DNA of 62,662 bases, filler included. It is 4 parts of 4 records of this genome, joined end to end, with 100 filler letters (N's around TTAATTAATTAA, not from the genome) between each part and the next. Parts side by side here need not be neighbours in the genome. Positions count along the whole stretch, not along the records: positions 1 to 8,799 come from SRR20825019_1639; positions 8,900 to 24,370 come from SRR20825019_1640; 2 more parts are not named here. One strand, 5' to 3'. Below are positions 1-9,336 of the stretch, piece after piece (the stretch's first letter is position 1; every line of letters begins with the position of its first letter). The notes beneath the pieces are model-generated. The model saw only the letters and a program-made list of their open reading frames with translations, was not told the origin of the DNA and did no database searches. Position numbers and translations under genes: made by a program.

Positions 1-197
1 CCCTTGGCGCAGAGCACGCCCTTGTTCACCGGGTGATTCTTGTTGCCCTCGATGTAACGGATGGTGCCGTCGCGCAGGTGCACTTTGATGCCGCAGCGGC
101 AGGCACACATGTAACAGGTCGTGAACTTGGTCTCATCCGATACGACGGGCGACGTATCGACTGTTTCAACCACCGTCTCAAACGGGTTGATGTTCAT
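1..197 (-). CDS. soeA: Molybdopterin oxidoreductase catalytic subunit, SoeA-like sulfite dehydrogenase (5' part, runs off window)
   Basis: Hand translation from ATG at 197: MNINPFETVVETVDTSPVVSDETKFTTCYMCACRCGIKVHLRDGTIRYIEGNKNHPVNKGVLCAKG. This is an N-terminal 4Fe-4S motif of the DMSO-reductase family, and TTCYMCACRCGI is typical of SoeA. Not in the ORF track because it is truncated. Confidence 0.75.
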   Translation of the reverse strand, partial: MNINPFETVVETVDTSPVVSDETKFTTCYMCACRCGIKVHLRDGTIRYIEGNKNHPVNKGVLCAK

Positions 198-345
198 TAT
201 CTCTCCGGGGCGGGCAGGCCTGAACGGCTCAAAGGCTTATTAATTGCCGAGACAATAGCAGGGCCTGTCCGAAAAAGTCAGGATCGTAACAAGACTTTTT
301 CTTCCATCCGGAATTAGTGGACGATTTAACTTTACCCGGACGAAC

Positions 346-831
346 TCAGGTGACGGCGTCGATCTGCTCGTCGGAGAGGTTGCCGGGGACAATGGTGATC
401 GGAACGCGCATCCGTCCGGCACCCTTGCCGGCCATGTATGTGACCAGCGGCCCGGGGCTCTCTCCCTGGGTGTTTGCGCCGAGAACCAGCACGGAAATGC
501 TCGGCTCCTCGTCGATCAGGTTGAGCAACTCGTCCCTGGTCGAGCCTTCCCGGACATAAATGATCGGGATCTGGCCGGAGATTTCGACGACTTGCTCGGA
601 GAGCGTGCCGAGAAGGGCTTCCGCATCTTCCCGGGCTTCCTCGCGCATGATTTCACCGACACCCATCCAGTGCTGGAATTCCTGCGGCTCTATTGCGCGG
701 AACAGGGCCACATGACCGCCGCTGTGGCGGGCTCGGCGACAGGCAAAGCGCAAGGCGATCTGCATCTCCTCGCTGTCATCGACAACGACAAGGAAAACCC
801 GGGGCTTCGATCCGTCCGTCAATTGGCTCAT
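346..831 (-). CDS. Universal stress protein (USP family)
   Basis: FLVVVDDSEE start, LVLGA...GPL and PITIVP motifs; 161 aa. Confidence 0.88.
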   Translation of the reverse strand: MSQLTDGSKPRVFLVVVDDSEEMQIALRFACRRARHSGGHVALFRAIEPQEFQHWMGVGEIMREEAREDAEALLGTLSEQVVEISGQIPIIYVREGSTRDELLNLIDEEPSISVLVLGANTQGESPGPLVTYMAGKGAGRMRVPITIVPGNLSDEQIDAVT

Positions 832-861
832 GCGCGTTCTGTCCGTTCTGCCAACACTGGT

Positions 862-1638
862 TCAGACTTTACGGAAAACCGCGGCGGCAAGCCAGCCCGC
901 GGCGACGGCGATCAGGATTGCCGCCAATCCGTAAGTCGCCGAACTCTTGTGGGCGAAGTCATAGACCTCGGCACCGATACCGACTTTTTCGACCAGCAAC
1001 GGTGTTGTCTGGGCATGTACGACACGGCCGTCGCGGATCAGATAGACGACGGCTGTATAGGTGCCGGTGGCAAGATTGGCCGGGAAATGAACCTGTGTCC
1101 GAAACAGCTTGCCGGCGATCACGGTAACGCGGCCCGGCTCGCTGGCATAAAGGCCCTGCACCTGTTTGCGCCGGATCAGAGCTTTCCGGAAGGTGGCCTC
1201 GTCTTCGGGCGGCACGCTTTGCTCGTCTCTCGCAGCGAGAAGTCTGAGGTTGTCCGCGCCGATCTGTTGCCGTGCCAGAACTTCCGGCGCGGCTATTTTC
1301 TCCAGCGGCCGGTTGGAGGCGACAGTGTAGAAATTCGGAGCACTTTTGAATTCCACGCTGCGGGTATTCATCCAGATCCCGGCGACGCGCTGCTTGCGCC
1401 GTACAGTGATCGACTCGCGAGGGCCGGAAACCGTGATGACAATGTCGCCATCATCGTCGACGGAGCCGAACAGGAGCAGATCGGCGCCTGTGAAGCCGGT
1501 GGTTATATCGACCCGGTGGCTGGACAGATCCGCGATCAGGTCCTGTGCATTTACCTTCTCTCCCGCGAGAAAGAGCAGGGCGATGATAACCGGCGCCAGC
1601 AGGCGGTGGGATGTGAAGAGCTGCATCGGACTAACCAT
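862..1638 (-). CDS. TIGR02186-family putative transmembrane protein
   Basis: DLSSHRVDITTGFTGADLLLFG and RRKQRVAGIWMN motifs, C-terminal TM helix; overlaps the TauE stop. Start chosen at ATG 1638. Confidence 0.8.
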   Translation of the reverse strand: MVSPMQLFTSHRLLAPVIIALLFLAGEKVNAQDLIADLSSHRVDITTGFTGADLLLFGSVDDDGDIVITVSGPRESITVRRKQRVAGIWMNTRSVEFKSAPNFYTVASNRPLEKIAAPEVLARQQIGADNLRLLAARDEQSVPPEDEATFRKALIRRKQVQGLYASEPGRVTVIAGKLFRTQVHFPANLATGTYTAVVYLIRDGRVVHAQTTPLLVEKVGIGAEVYDFAHKSSATYGLAAILIAVAAGWLAAAVFRKV

Positions 1639-2551
1639 TGTGCGACACGACAATGGAGTAGATGTCGTCCGGTGTTATGACCAGATCGAACGCAAGCTTC
1701 AGGCAAACTGCGACGACCATGAGGGCAAGCAGGCCCCGGAGCTGCTCGCCCTTCAGCTTGACCGCGAACTGGCTGCCGAACTGGGCACCGACAACCGCGC
1801 CGATCAGCAGCAGGATGGCGAGCACGACATCGACGGTTTGTGTCGAGATGGACTGCAGGAACGTCACGTTGGCGGTTACGAAGATGATCTGCAGCAGCGA
1901 GGTGCCGACCACCATGGAGGTACGCATCCCGAGCATATAGATCATCGCCGGGACCATGATGAAGCCGCCGCCAACGCCCATGATGGCGGAAAGCACGCCA
2001 ACAAAGCAGCCAATTCCGAGCGGCAGCAGGGCACTGATATAGAGCTTTGATTTGCGAAACCGCATCTTCAGCGGCAGGCCATGCATCCAGGTATGCTGGT
2101 GCAATTTCCGGCGGCGTGCGCCGCTTTGCCGGACCTGCAGGATCGTTCGGACGCTTTCCAGCAGCATCAGGCTGCCGATCACACCAAGGAAAACGACATA
2201 ACAGAGCTTAATCACCAGATCGATCTGGCCGAGGCTTTCCAGAAATTTGAACAGCAGCACGCCAAGGCTGGAGCCGACGATGCCGCCGGCCAGCAGGACG
2301 AGGCCCATCGTGAAATCGAGATTTCCGCGCCGCCAGTGGGCGATAACCCCGGAAACCGAGCTGGCGACGATCTGATTGGCGCCGGTGCTGACGGCAACAG
2401 GGGCCGGAACACCTATGAAAATCAGGATGGGAGTCATAAGGAACCCGCCGCCGACACCAAAGAGGCCGGACAGGAAGCCGACGGCACCGCCCATTGCCAG
2501 AATGGTCAGGACGTTTACCGACATCTCTGCAATGGGCAGGTAGATGTACAT
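1631..2551 (-). CDS. Sulfite exporter TauE/SafE family protein
   Basis: MYIYLPIAE start, repeated GxFGVGGGF / GVGGGFIMVP motifs, multiple TM helices. Confidence 0.88.
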   Translation of the reverse strand: MYIYLPIAEMSVNVLTILAMGGAVGFLSGLFGVGGGFLMTPILIFIGVPAPVAVSTGANQIVASSVSGVIAHWRRGNLDFTMGLVLLAGGIVGSSLGVLLFKFLESLGQIDLVIKLCYVVFLGVIGSLMLLESVRTILQVRQSGARRRKLHQHTWMHGLPLKMRFRKSKLYISALLPLGIGCFVGVLSAIMGVGGGFIMVPAMIYMLGMRTSMVVGTSLLQIIFVTANVTFLQSISTQTVDVVLAILLLIGAVVGAQFGSQFAVKLKGEQLRGLLALMVVAVCLKLAFDLVITPDDIYSIVVSHNG

Positions 2552-2719
2552 GGGCCCCGCGGGGAGGATCAGGAATGAACCAGATACCGGACAGCCACAA
2601 CAGCAGCCAACCGAACGATTCCCTCTTTGATAACAGAAAAGTATGTAACGGGGCCACGACTTGTTTGTAGCGGTTCTAACTATACTGCCGACGGGGGACT
2701 GTGATCGTTAAATCTTCCG

Positions 2720-3475
2720 TCACGTCCCGAGGATTGTCCCGATCTCGGCTTTCAGGGCGATAAAACCGGGAGCGGTTCTGATGCCGGCTGCGCGCGGCCG
2801 GGGGAGGTCAATGTCGATTTCCCGGAGAATGCGGCCCGGGCGGCCGCTCATCACCAGGACCCGGCCGGAAAGAAACACCGCTTCCTCGATGTCGTGCGTT
2901 ACCAGAAGCGCCGAGATGCCACGCTCGGCCAGAAGTCCGGCAAGCCAGACCTGCATCTTTGCCCTGGTTTGCTGGTCGAGAGCCCCAAAGGGTTCGTCCA
3001 GCAGCAACAGGTCCGGCCCGCCGGCAAGCGTGCGCGCCAAAGCGGCCCGCTGCTGCATGCCGCCGGAGAGGGCGGAAGGATAGAAGCTCTCAAAGCCTTC
3101 CAATCCGACCGCGCTGATCAATTCCGCCGTAAGCGTGGCGGTCTGCTTGCGGGAAAGGGCGCGAAAACGGGCTCCGAATGCGATGTTCCGTTCCACCGTC
3201 AGCCAGGGAAACAGCGCGGGTTGCTGGAACACCATGCCACGCCGGGGGCTGGGGCCGGTCACCGGCTCACCGTCGAATGCAATATGCCCGTCGCGGAGTG
3301 GGACAAGGCCGGCGACCAGCCGCAGCAGGGTCGATTTCCCGCAGCCGGAAGGACCGACGATTGCCAGGAAGTCGCCATCCGACAGAGAAAACCCGACCGG
3401 CCCAACCGCGTGAACCGCCGTTGCCTCCGCCGCGCCAAAATGATGCTGGACGTTTTCCAGGTTTAGTTTCGCCAC
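2720..3475 (-). CDS. ABC transporter ATP-binding protein (TauB/SsuB/NitT type)
   Basis: Walker A GPSGCGKS, LSGGMQQR signature, LLLDEPF Walker B, VTHD; likely GTG start at 3475. Confidence 0.9.
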   Translation of the reverse strand: MAKLNLENVQHHFGAAEATAVHAVGPVGFSLSDGDFLAIVGPSGCGKSTLLRLVAGLVPLRDGHIAFDGEPVTGPSPRRGMVFQQPALFPWLTVERNIAFGARFRALSRKQTATLTAELISAVGLEGFESFYPSALSGGMQQRAALARTLAGGPDLLLLDEPFGALDQQTRAKMQVWLAGLLAERGISALLVTHDIEEAVFLSGRVLVMSGRPGRILREIDIDLPRPRAAGIRTAPGFIALKAEIGTILGT

Positions 3476-3662
3476 GATACGCGGTCCGTCCTTTTGGATT
3501 GGTGCTCGGCGCAAGAATGCTTTATTCGAAGCCTATAGTTAATGGGGCGCTGGAATATATTGTCTCTTGTGTCTGTTCTCGCACAGAGCACGTTTCAAAT
3601 ATGTCATTGAGTGCGTATCATAGGTTGAAGTTTCGGCGATTGTGCCGAAGGAGTCCTGAGCC

Positions 3663-4022
3663 ATGTTAAGCGCTATTCTGCGGGCCATCGGCCTGTTCTC
3701 GAAAGACGAAAGACGGCAGTACGAACGCTATCCGGTCACCTCGCCCCTGGAGGTAACGGTGGAAGGCGTGGCGCATAGCTGCATCGTCGATAATGTTTCG
3801 GTCGGTGGTCTCCGGCTGGAGCCGCCAGTGGATGCGGTGCCCGGTGCTGAATTGACGATCCGGCATTCGGAATCGGGGCTCAATCTCACCGGCCGGCTGA
3901 TCGGCAACGATGCCACGGGCTCGCGTATCAGCTTCAATTCGGAGGAGGCCGGGGCGGTGGTATCCGTCTGGGTGCGAATGATGCACGAGCAGCAAAGCGA
4001 GACCCAGGCGCGCGCGGAGTGA
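3663..4022 (+). CDS. Stand-alone PilZ domain protein
   Basis: RRQYER (RxxxR) and NVSVGG (D/NxSxxG) c-di-GMP-binding motifs; AGGAG RBS upstream. Confidence 0.75.
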   Translation: MLSAILRAIGLFSKDERRQYERYPVTSPLEVTVEGVAHSCIVDNVSVGGLRLEPPVDAVPGAELTIRHSESGLNLTGRLIGNDATGSRISFNSEEAGAVVSVWVRMMHEQQSETQARAE

Positions 4023-4050
4023 GCGGTTTGTGCTCCCGGCCGCGGAACAG

Positions 4051-5070
4051 CTAGTCCGCGGCGAGGTTTGAAAAGACCCTGCCGGCAACCTGATCGGGGC
4101 TTATTTCCCCCATCCTTTCACTGCCGTATCGTAGTTCTCCGTAGGGAGTGATCGCGTCGATCCTGCTGTCTTCCATCATTGGCGGGGAGCCGCCGAACAG
4201 GCCGACTGACTGGACGCCAGTTGCAGCAGCGAGATTGAGAAACCCTGTATCATTGCCGACGGCCAGATCCGTCGCCGCGATGACAGCGCCAGTTTCGAAG
4301 ATCGGCAGGGTCAGAACGGGAACGATCCAGTCCGGCCGCCCGAAGCGTGTCTGCAAGCGGTCCGCAATATCGGATTCCCCAGGGCCGCCGATCAGGAAGA
4401 TCGTCCCGCCGGTCTCCCGGCGCACCCGGTCGGCAAGCGCGCCGAAATTATCGGCGCCCCATTGTTTGAAAGACTCACTGGCGCCGATGATGAAGCTGAT
4501 CCATGGCCGGGGCAGGGATGCGTATTGCTGCCGCGTTTCCTCCAGCATTGATGCGGGAACCCGGATCTGCGGCATGCTCTCAAGTTTCGGTACGGAGTGG
4601 TTCAGCAGGAGCTGATTTGCCTTTTCAATCGCGGTAAAATTCTTGGCGTTCCGCGAGAGGCTGTGCTGCGAGGTCAGGAAGGCGTCCTGCCAGCCGATAC
4701 CATATCCGGCCCTCTCCCTGATTCCCGCACGCCAGGTAGCGAGCCCGTATCGGGGGGAGGTGTGCAGGATCCAGACGCTTGTGAAACCGTAGGGCCGGAG
4801 CGCTGTCCCGAGCAGGAAGCCGCCGAGTGGTCCGCGATCCCGCTTCTCGTCCAGCCACAACACATCCCGCACGCAATCCATATGCTGGAAAAGCGAGTCC
4901 GCCCGCGAGCGTTTCTTGGTCAGTAGTGTGACCGTCTTTTCCTTGGTCTGTGCGGCAATGCTTTTCAGGTGCGGCAGATGCCAGATCGCGTCGCCGATGC
5001 CGGGCAGGGGCTGGATGACGAGCGTACCGCCAATGGGACGTGGGTTAGCTCCGGCGGTTTCAGCTTCCAC
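4051..5070 (-). CDS. Glycosyltransferase family 9 (LPS heptosyltransferase-like)
   Basis: GIGDAI, KQWG and GNDTGFLNLAAA motifs. Confidence 0.85.
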   Translation of the reverse strand: MEAETAGANPRPIGGTLVIQPLPGIGDAIWHLPHLKSIAAQTKEKTVTLLTKKRSRADSLFQHMDCVRDVLWLDEKRDRGPLGGFLLGTALRPYGFTSVWILHTSPRYGLATWRAGIRERAGYGIGWQDAFLTSQHSLSRNAKNFTAIEKANQLLLNHSVPKLESMPQIRVPASMLEETRQQYASLPRPWISFIIGASESFKQWGADNFGALADRVRRETGGTIFLIGGPGESDIADRLQTRFGRPDWIVPVLTLPIFETGAVIAATDLAVGNDTGFLNLAAATGVQSVGLFGGSPPMMEDSRIDAITPYGELRYGSERMGEISPDQVAGRVFSNLAAD

Positions 5071-5160
5071 GTCTCACGGCTCCCGAACTGGCTGCGCTTG
5101 CGGTCAGGTCCCGGCTACACCACAATGCGCCTCGTTGTCACAAGCTTTTCCGATATTTGG

Positions 5161-6198
5161 ATGATCAGACTTTATCAAACCATGGCAGGCGCGCGCCACG
5201 GCGGCGCCGAAGTGTTTTTCGAACGGCTGACATCCGCCATGGCAAAGCCTGAGCGTAGCGGGGCTGTGACGCAGCGCGTGGCGATCCGCAAGGATTCCCG
5301 GCGTGCCGCTCTCATGCGGGCGGGGGGGGTCGATTTCACTGAGTTCGGGTTTGGCGGTGCGATCGACTTTCTGACGCCCTGGCAGCTGAAAAAGGATATC
5401 CGCTCCTTCGCGCCGGATGTCGTGCTGGCCTGGATGAACAGGGCGGCGTCGAAAACCCCGCCGGGTGATTACATCCGTGCCGGCCGGATCGGCGGTTATT
5501 ACGACATCAAATATTATCGCGGCTTCGATCATCTGATCTGCAATGCGCCGGGGCTGATCGATCACATGACGGGGCAGGGCTGGCCGTCGGAGCGGGTGCA
5601 TTACCTGCCGAACTTTGTCGATGCGGCGCCGGGACAGGCACTGGACCGGAGCGCCTTCGGGACACCGGAGGATGCGCCGCTGTTGCTGGCGCTTGGCCGG
5701 TTACACCGGAACAAGGCTTTTGACGTCCTCATCCGCGCTCTTGCCAAGCTGCCGGAGGCTTATCTCTGGATAGCGGGGACGGGGCCTGAAGAAGCAGCGC
5801 TGAAGGCGCTTGCCGAAGAGTTGGGCGTTGCCCGGCGGGTTATCTTCCTCGGCTGGCGCGACGATACGGCCAACCTGTTTGCGAGCGCGGATATTCTGGT
5901 TTGTTCCAGCCGGGTTGAGGGGCTGGGCAATGTGGTCATTGAGGCCTGGGCGCGAAACCGCCCGGTGGTCGCAGCGCGCAGTGAGGGACCGGTGCATCTG
6001 ATCCGCCATGGCGAGACCGGTCTGTTGGCTGATCTTGAAGATGCGGACGGATTGGCGGCGCAGTTGAGAGCGGTGATTGCGGACAAGGCGCTGGCCGCCT
6101 CGTTCGTTGCGGCCGGACGGGCCGAATATGAAGCCAAATTCAGCGAGAGTACGGTTGTCAGCCAATATCTGGAATTGCTCTCGTCATTTCGGCGCTAG
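5161..6198 (+). CDS. Glycosyltransferase family 4 (GT-B)
   Basis: GGAE near N-terminus, GRLHRNKAFD, EGLGNVVIEAW (ExF/LGxxxxE); start taken at ATG 5161. Confidence 0.88.
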   Translation: MIRLYQTMAGARHGGAEVFFERLTSAMAKPERSGAVTQRVAIRKDSRRAALMRAGGVDFTEFGFGGAIDFLTPWQLKKDIRSFAPDVVLAWMNRAASKTPPGDYIRAGRIGGYYDIKYYRGFDHLICNAPGLIDHMTGQGWPSERVHYLPNFVDAAPGQALDRSAFGTPEDAPLLLALGRLHRNKAFDVLIRALAKLPEAYLWIAGTGPEEAALKALAEELGVARRVIFLGWRDDTANLFASADILVCSSRVEGLGNVVIEAWARNRPVVAARSEGPVHLIRHGETGLLADLEDADGLAAQLRAVIADKALAASFVAAGRAEYEAKFSESTVVSQYLELLSSFRR

Positions 6199-7070
6199 CT
6201 GAACTTACGGAACAGCTTCGTACGGTCGAACAACTGCTCGAGCGTCTTCATCCGGTCCCGGGTTTCCTCCCAGCGCTCCGTCTGCACGGCAGCGATCAGG
6301 GCTTCCAGAATGAACATGATGACAACCGAGCTGTCCCAGGCCGAGGGGGCCTCTATCCGGGCGCGGAAGCCATGGCTGGCATGTTTCGCGGCGGGTGATC
6401 CCCACTGATCCGTAAACAGCACGAGCTGTGCCCCCTGTTCGGTTGCCATCTCGGCCAGCCGGTGGGTGTCGTGCTCGTAGCGCCGGATGTCGAATGCCAC
6501 CAGCACGTCGCCTTCGGTCATGTTTAGGACATAATGCGGCCAGGTGTTTGAATTGGGCGGGATCAGCGTCACCCGGTCGCGAATGACCTGCATGTGGGTG
6601 AAAAGATAATCCGCCATGGAGCGGCTGATGCGGCCGCCGACGACGTAGATGTTGCGGGCCGGGTCGGCAAGCAGATCGACGACGGCATTGAAATCCTCGA
6701 GATCCAGTTGCTGCAGCGTCTGGCGCAGATTGTCCGTCACCGCGTCGGCGAACCGGTTCAGGATGTGGGTGTCCGGTGCGTTCGCCGCCCAGTTGTCATG
6801 CTTGGTGATTGGGCTGGAGAGTGTTGCTTCCAGCTCGGTCCGGAGTGCGGTCTGCATTTCGGGAAAGCCGCCATACCCGAGCTTCCGGGCCATCCGGGCA
6901 ACAGTGGGAGCGGATACTTCTGCCGTTTCGGCCAGCGCGGTGATCGTGCCGAGTCCGGAGACTGGGTAGTTCTCGAGGATCACATTGCTCAGTTTGCGCT
7001 CCGCATGCGTAAGCGTTTCAAACAGGCGGCTGATACGTTCCGCGACGGTTCTTGATGAGGTTTCCGACAT
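6195..7070 (-). CDS. MurR/RpiR family transcriptional regulator
   Basis: LTHAERK and VSAPTVARMARKLGYGGF HTH followed by SIS domain. Confidence 0.92.
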   Translation of the reverse strand: MSETSSRTVAERISRLFETLTHAERKLSNVILENYPVSGLGTITALAETAEVSAPTVARMARKLGYGGFPEMQTALRTELEATLSSPITKHDNWAANAPDTHILNRFADAVTDNLRQTLQQLDLEDFNAVVDLLADPARNIYVVGGRISRSMADYLFTHMQVIRDRVTLIPPNSNTWPHYVLNMTEGDVLVAFDIRRYEHDTHRLAEMATEQGAQLVLFTDQWGSPAAKHASHGFRARIEAPSAWDSSVVIMFILEALIAAVQTERWEETRDRMKTLEQLFDRTKLFRKFS

Positions 7071-7108
7071 TTGATCCTCCCGGCTGGCGCTTTGACGCCA
7101 TTCTTTGC

Positions 7109-7157
7109 TCTGAAAATAATGCTACATTCTGAATTTCAGAGAAGAAGAATTTTCAGA
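7109..7157. promoter_or_regulatory. Nested inverted repeats in the divergent rpiR/FGase intergenic region (candidate RpiR operator)
   Basis: TCTGAAAAT (7109-7117) pairs with ATTTTCAGA (7149-7157); inner palindrome TCTGAA-T-TTCAGA at 7128-7140; AT-rich patch in a GC-rich contig. Confidence 0.5.
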
Positions 7158-7218
7158 ATTATTCTTGACTGCCTGATCAAAGCTGAAAAGATGCCTGCAA
7201 GAGGCAGGGAGAATACGA

Positions 7219-8037
7219 GTGGCGACGATGGCTCAGCCAATGTCCGGTGCATCCGCTTGGGGTGATCCGGTGCGGGTAACCAATGAGAGCGGGCGCGGGC
7301 CGGCGATCATTGTCTGCGAGCACGCCTCGAATTTTATTCCCCCCGAATTGAACGATCTCGGTCTTGGCGCGGATATCTGCGAAAGCCACGTGGCCTGGGA
7401 CCCCGGCGCTCTGGCGGTAGCATCGATTATCGCGACGACGCTGGATTGCCCGATGGTAGCGGCCTCCATCTCGCGACTTGTTTATGACTGCAATCGTCCG
7501 CCGAGCGCCGCAAGCGCGATGCCGCCGGTCAGCGAGATCTTTCCAATCCCCGGCAATCAGAACCTCTCGGACGACGCACGCTCGGAACGGGTGGAGCGGG
7601 TCTATAACCCCTTTCATGCTGCGGTCGGCTCGGTGATCGAGAACAGGGTCGCGGCCGGTGCATCGCCCGCCATCGTCACCATTCATTCCTTTACACCGAC
7701 CTATCACGGCGCCGACCGGCCTTTCGAGATCGGCATCCTGCATGACGAGGATGCCCGGCTTGCCGATGCCATGCTCGACAGGGCTGGGGCTTTCGAAGGT
7801 CTGGATGTGCGTCGGAACGAGCCATACGGTCCGGCGGACGGGGTAACCCACACATTGCAGAAGCACGCGTTGCCGCGCGGCCTGCTCAACGTGATGATCG
7901 AAATCCGCAACGATGTGATCCGCCAGCCGTCTGAGCAGACGGCGATGGCGCGAGTCTTCTCGGACGTGATCCGGGATGCGATCGGCTGCTGCAGCGCTCC
8001 GGTCTCTCACAAGGCGCAAGAGGTCGGGGATGCCTAA
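7219..8037 (+). CDS. N-formylglutamate amidohydrolase family protein
   Basis: CEHAS, HVAWDPGA, SRLVYDCNRP, IHSFTP, NEPY and IEIRND motifs. Confidence 0.9.
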   Translation: MATMAQPMSGASAWGDPVRVTNESGRGPAIIVCEHASNFIPPELNDLGLGADICESHVAWDPGALAVASIIATTLDCPMVAASISRLVYDCNRPPSAASAMPPVSEIFPIPGNQNLSDDARSERVERVYNPFHAAVGSVIENRVAAGASPAIVTIHSFTPTYHGADRPFEIGILHDEDARLADAMLDRAGAFEGLDVRRNEPYGPADGVTHTLQKHALPRGLLNVMIEIRNDVIRQPSEQTAMARVFSDVIRDAIGCCSAPVSHKAQEVGDA

Positions 8038-8536
8038 AGCGATACGGCTTTATGTCAGGTATGTGGAGAAGGTGACCCGGGCAATCGGCCGGTGCGCGAT
8101 GTATCTGATCTTCGCGATGCTGGGCGTGCTGCTCTATTCGTCCTTCTCGAAGACCGTGTTCCTGCCGGCGCACTGGACCCTTGAGACTGCCCAGTTCCTG
8201 ATGGTGGCCTATTATCTGCTCGGTGGCAGCTATTCCATGCAGCTTGGCGATCATGTGCGGATGGATCTGCTTTACTCGACCTGGAAGCCGCGCACCCGGT
8301 CTCTGGTCGACTCGATTACGGTTCTTTTCCTGATCTTCTATCTCTGCCTGTTGCTCTATGGCGGCTACTCCTCGACCGCCTACGCGATCCAGTATGGCGA
8401 GCAGAGTTATTCCGCCTGGGCGCCTTACATGGCGCCGGTGAAAATCGTCATGACCTTCGGCGTCTTCATGATGCTGTTGCAGGCACTGGCGACACTCTTC
8501 AAGGACATTGCCGCCGCACGCGGGGAGGAGCTCTGA
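8030..8536 (+). CDS. TRAP transporter small permease (DctQ)
   Basis: HVRMDLLY motif, four TM helices, overlaps upstream stop. Confidence 0.88.
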   Translation: MPKAIRLYVRYVEKVTRAIGRCAMYLIFAMLGVLLYSSFSKTVFLPAHWTLETAQFLMVAYYLLGGSYSMQLGDHVRMDLLYSTWKPRTRSLVDSITVLFLIFYLCLLLYGGYSSTAYAIQYGEQSYSAWAPYMAPVKIVMTFGVFMMLLQALATLFKDIAAARGEEL

Positions 8537-8799
8537 TGAGCTATGAGCTGATCGCCCTCCTGATGTTCTCCTCGATGATGCTGTTGCTCCTGACGGGGCA
8601 GCGGGTCTTCGGGGCTATCGGTTTCGTCGCCTCTGCCGCAGCGCTTTTGATGTGGGGCGATGGCGGCTCGGAAATGGCCTTCAGCGCGGCCATGAAGCTG
8701 ATGAAATGGTACCCGCTGCTGACCCTGCCGCTGTTCGTCTATATGGGTTACATGCTGTCGGAGTCGAAGATCGCCGACGATCTCTACCGGATGTTCCAT
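8536..8799 (+). CDS. TRAP transporter large permease (DctM), partial
   Basis: LLTLPLFVYMG motif; TGATG coupling to dctQ; truncated at contig end. Confidence 0.85.
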
Positions 8800-8899
8800 N
8801 NNNNNNNNNNNNNNNNNNNNNNNNNNNNNNNNNNNNNNNNNNNTTAATTAATTAANNNNNNNNNNNNNNNNNNNNNNNNNNNNNNNNNNNNNNNNNNNN
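8800..8899. other. Artificial contig spacer
   Basis: 44 N + TTAATTAATTAA (stops in six frames) + 44 N; abrupt change in GC and gene content. Confidence 0.98.
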
Positions 8900-8966
8900 G
8901 ATCATCAAGGCACTTGGAAGGGGCATTGATAAGGCAAGGGGCACTGGTGAGGACATGGGCTATTGA
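8900..8966 (+). CDS. 3' end of a putative mobilization relaxase (MobB/DUF5712-like), partial at contig start
   Basis: Encodes IIKALGRGIDKARGTGEDMGY*; 58/67 nt identical to 24304-24370. Confidence 0.6.
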
Positions 8967-8991
8967 AACCCAAAAAGTAGGTTGCGCCCTT

Positions 8992-9039
8992 TCGGGTTTT
9001 TGCTTAACGCTTATCTATCGGAACACTACAAAAACCCGA
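8992..9039. other. 11-bp inverted repeat just downstream of the relaxase stop
   Basis: TCGGGTTTTTG (8992-9002) pairs with CAAAAACCCGA (9029-9039), 26-nt spacer. Confidence 0.5.
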
Positions 9040-9336
9040 TAGGATTCATGCGCAAAAGTTGGGGTAAGGATTTGGGGTTCTTGTTTTTAGATTTTCAAAG
9101 AGTTCGGTTTTGAGGGGAGCTTACAAGAAACTAAATTAAGTGTTTTATTTATGGAAGAAATAAAAGCCTCAATTGTCAATAAAAGAGACCTAAAACAATG
9201 ATAAGACTAAAATATTTCTTTAATTTAAATTTTTAAGTAAAAAAATGTCAATGTGAGTAAGATTATTCTTTCTTACCCCGTGCAATGTTATCTAACTTTA
9301 CCTTCTTATCAATATAAGAATGAATTAATATTAATT

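Noticed and set aside
8844-8855. TTAATTAATTAA palindrome recurring three times
   Set aside because: Always centred in a 100-nt N block; it is a six-frame-stop linker. Genes on different sides are not neighbours, and ORFs containing X are artefacts.
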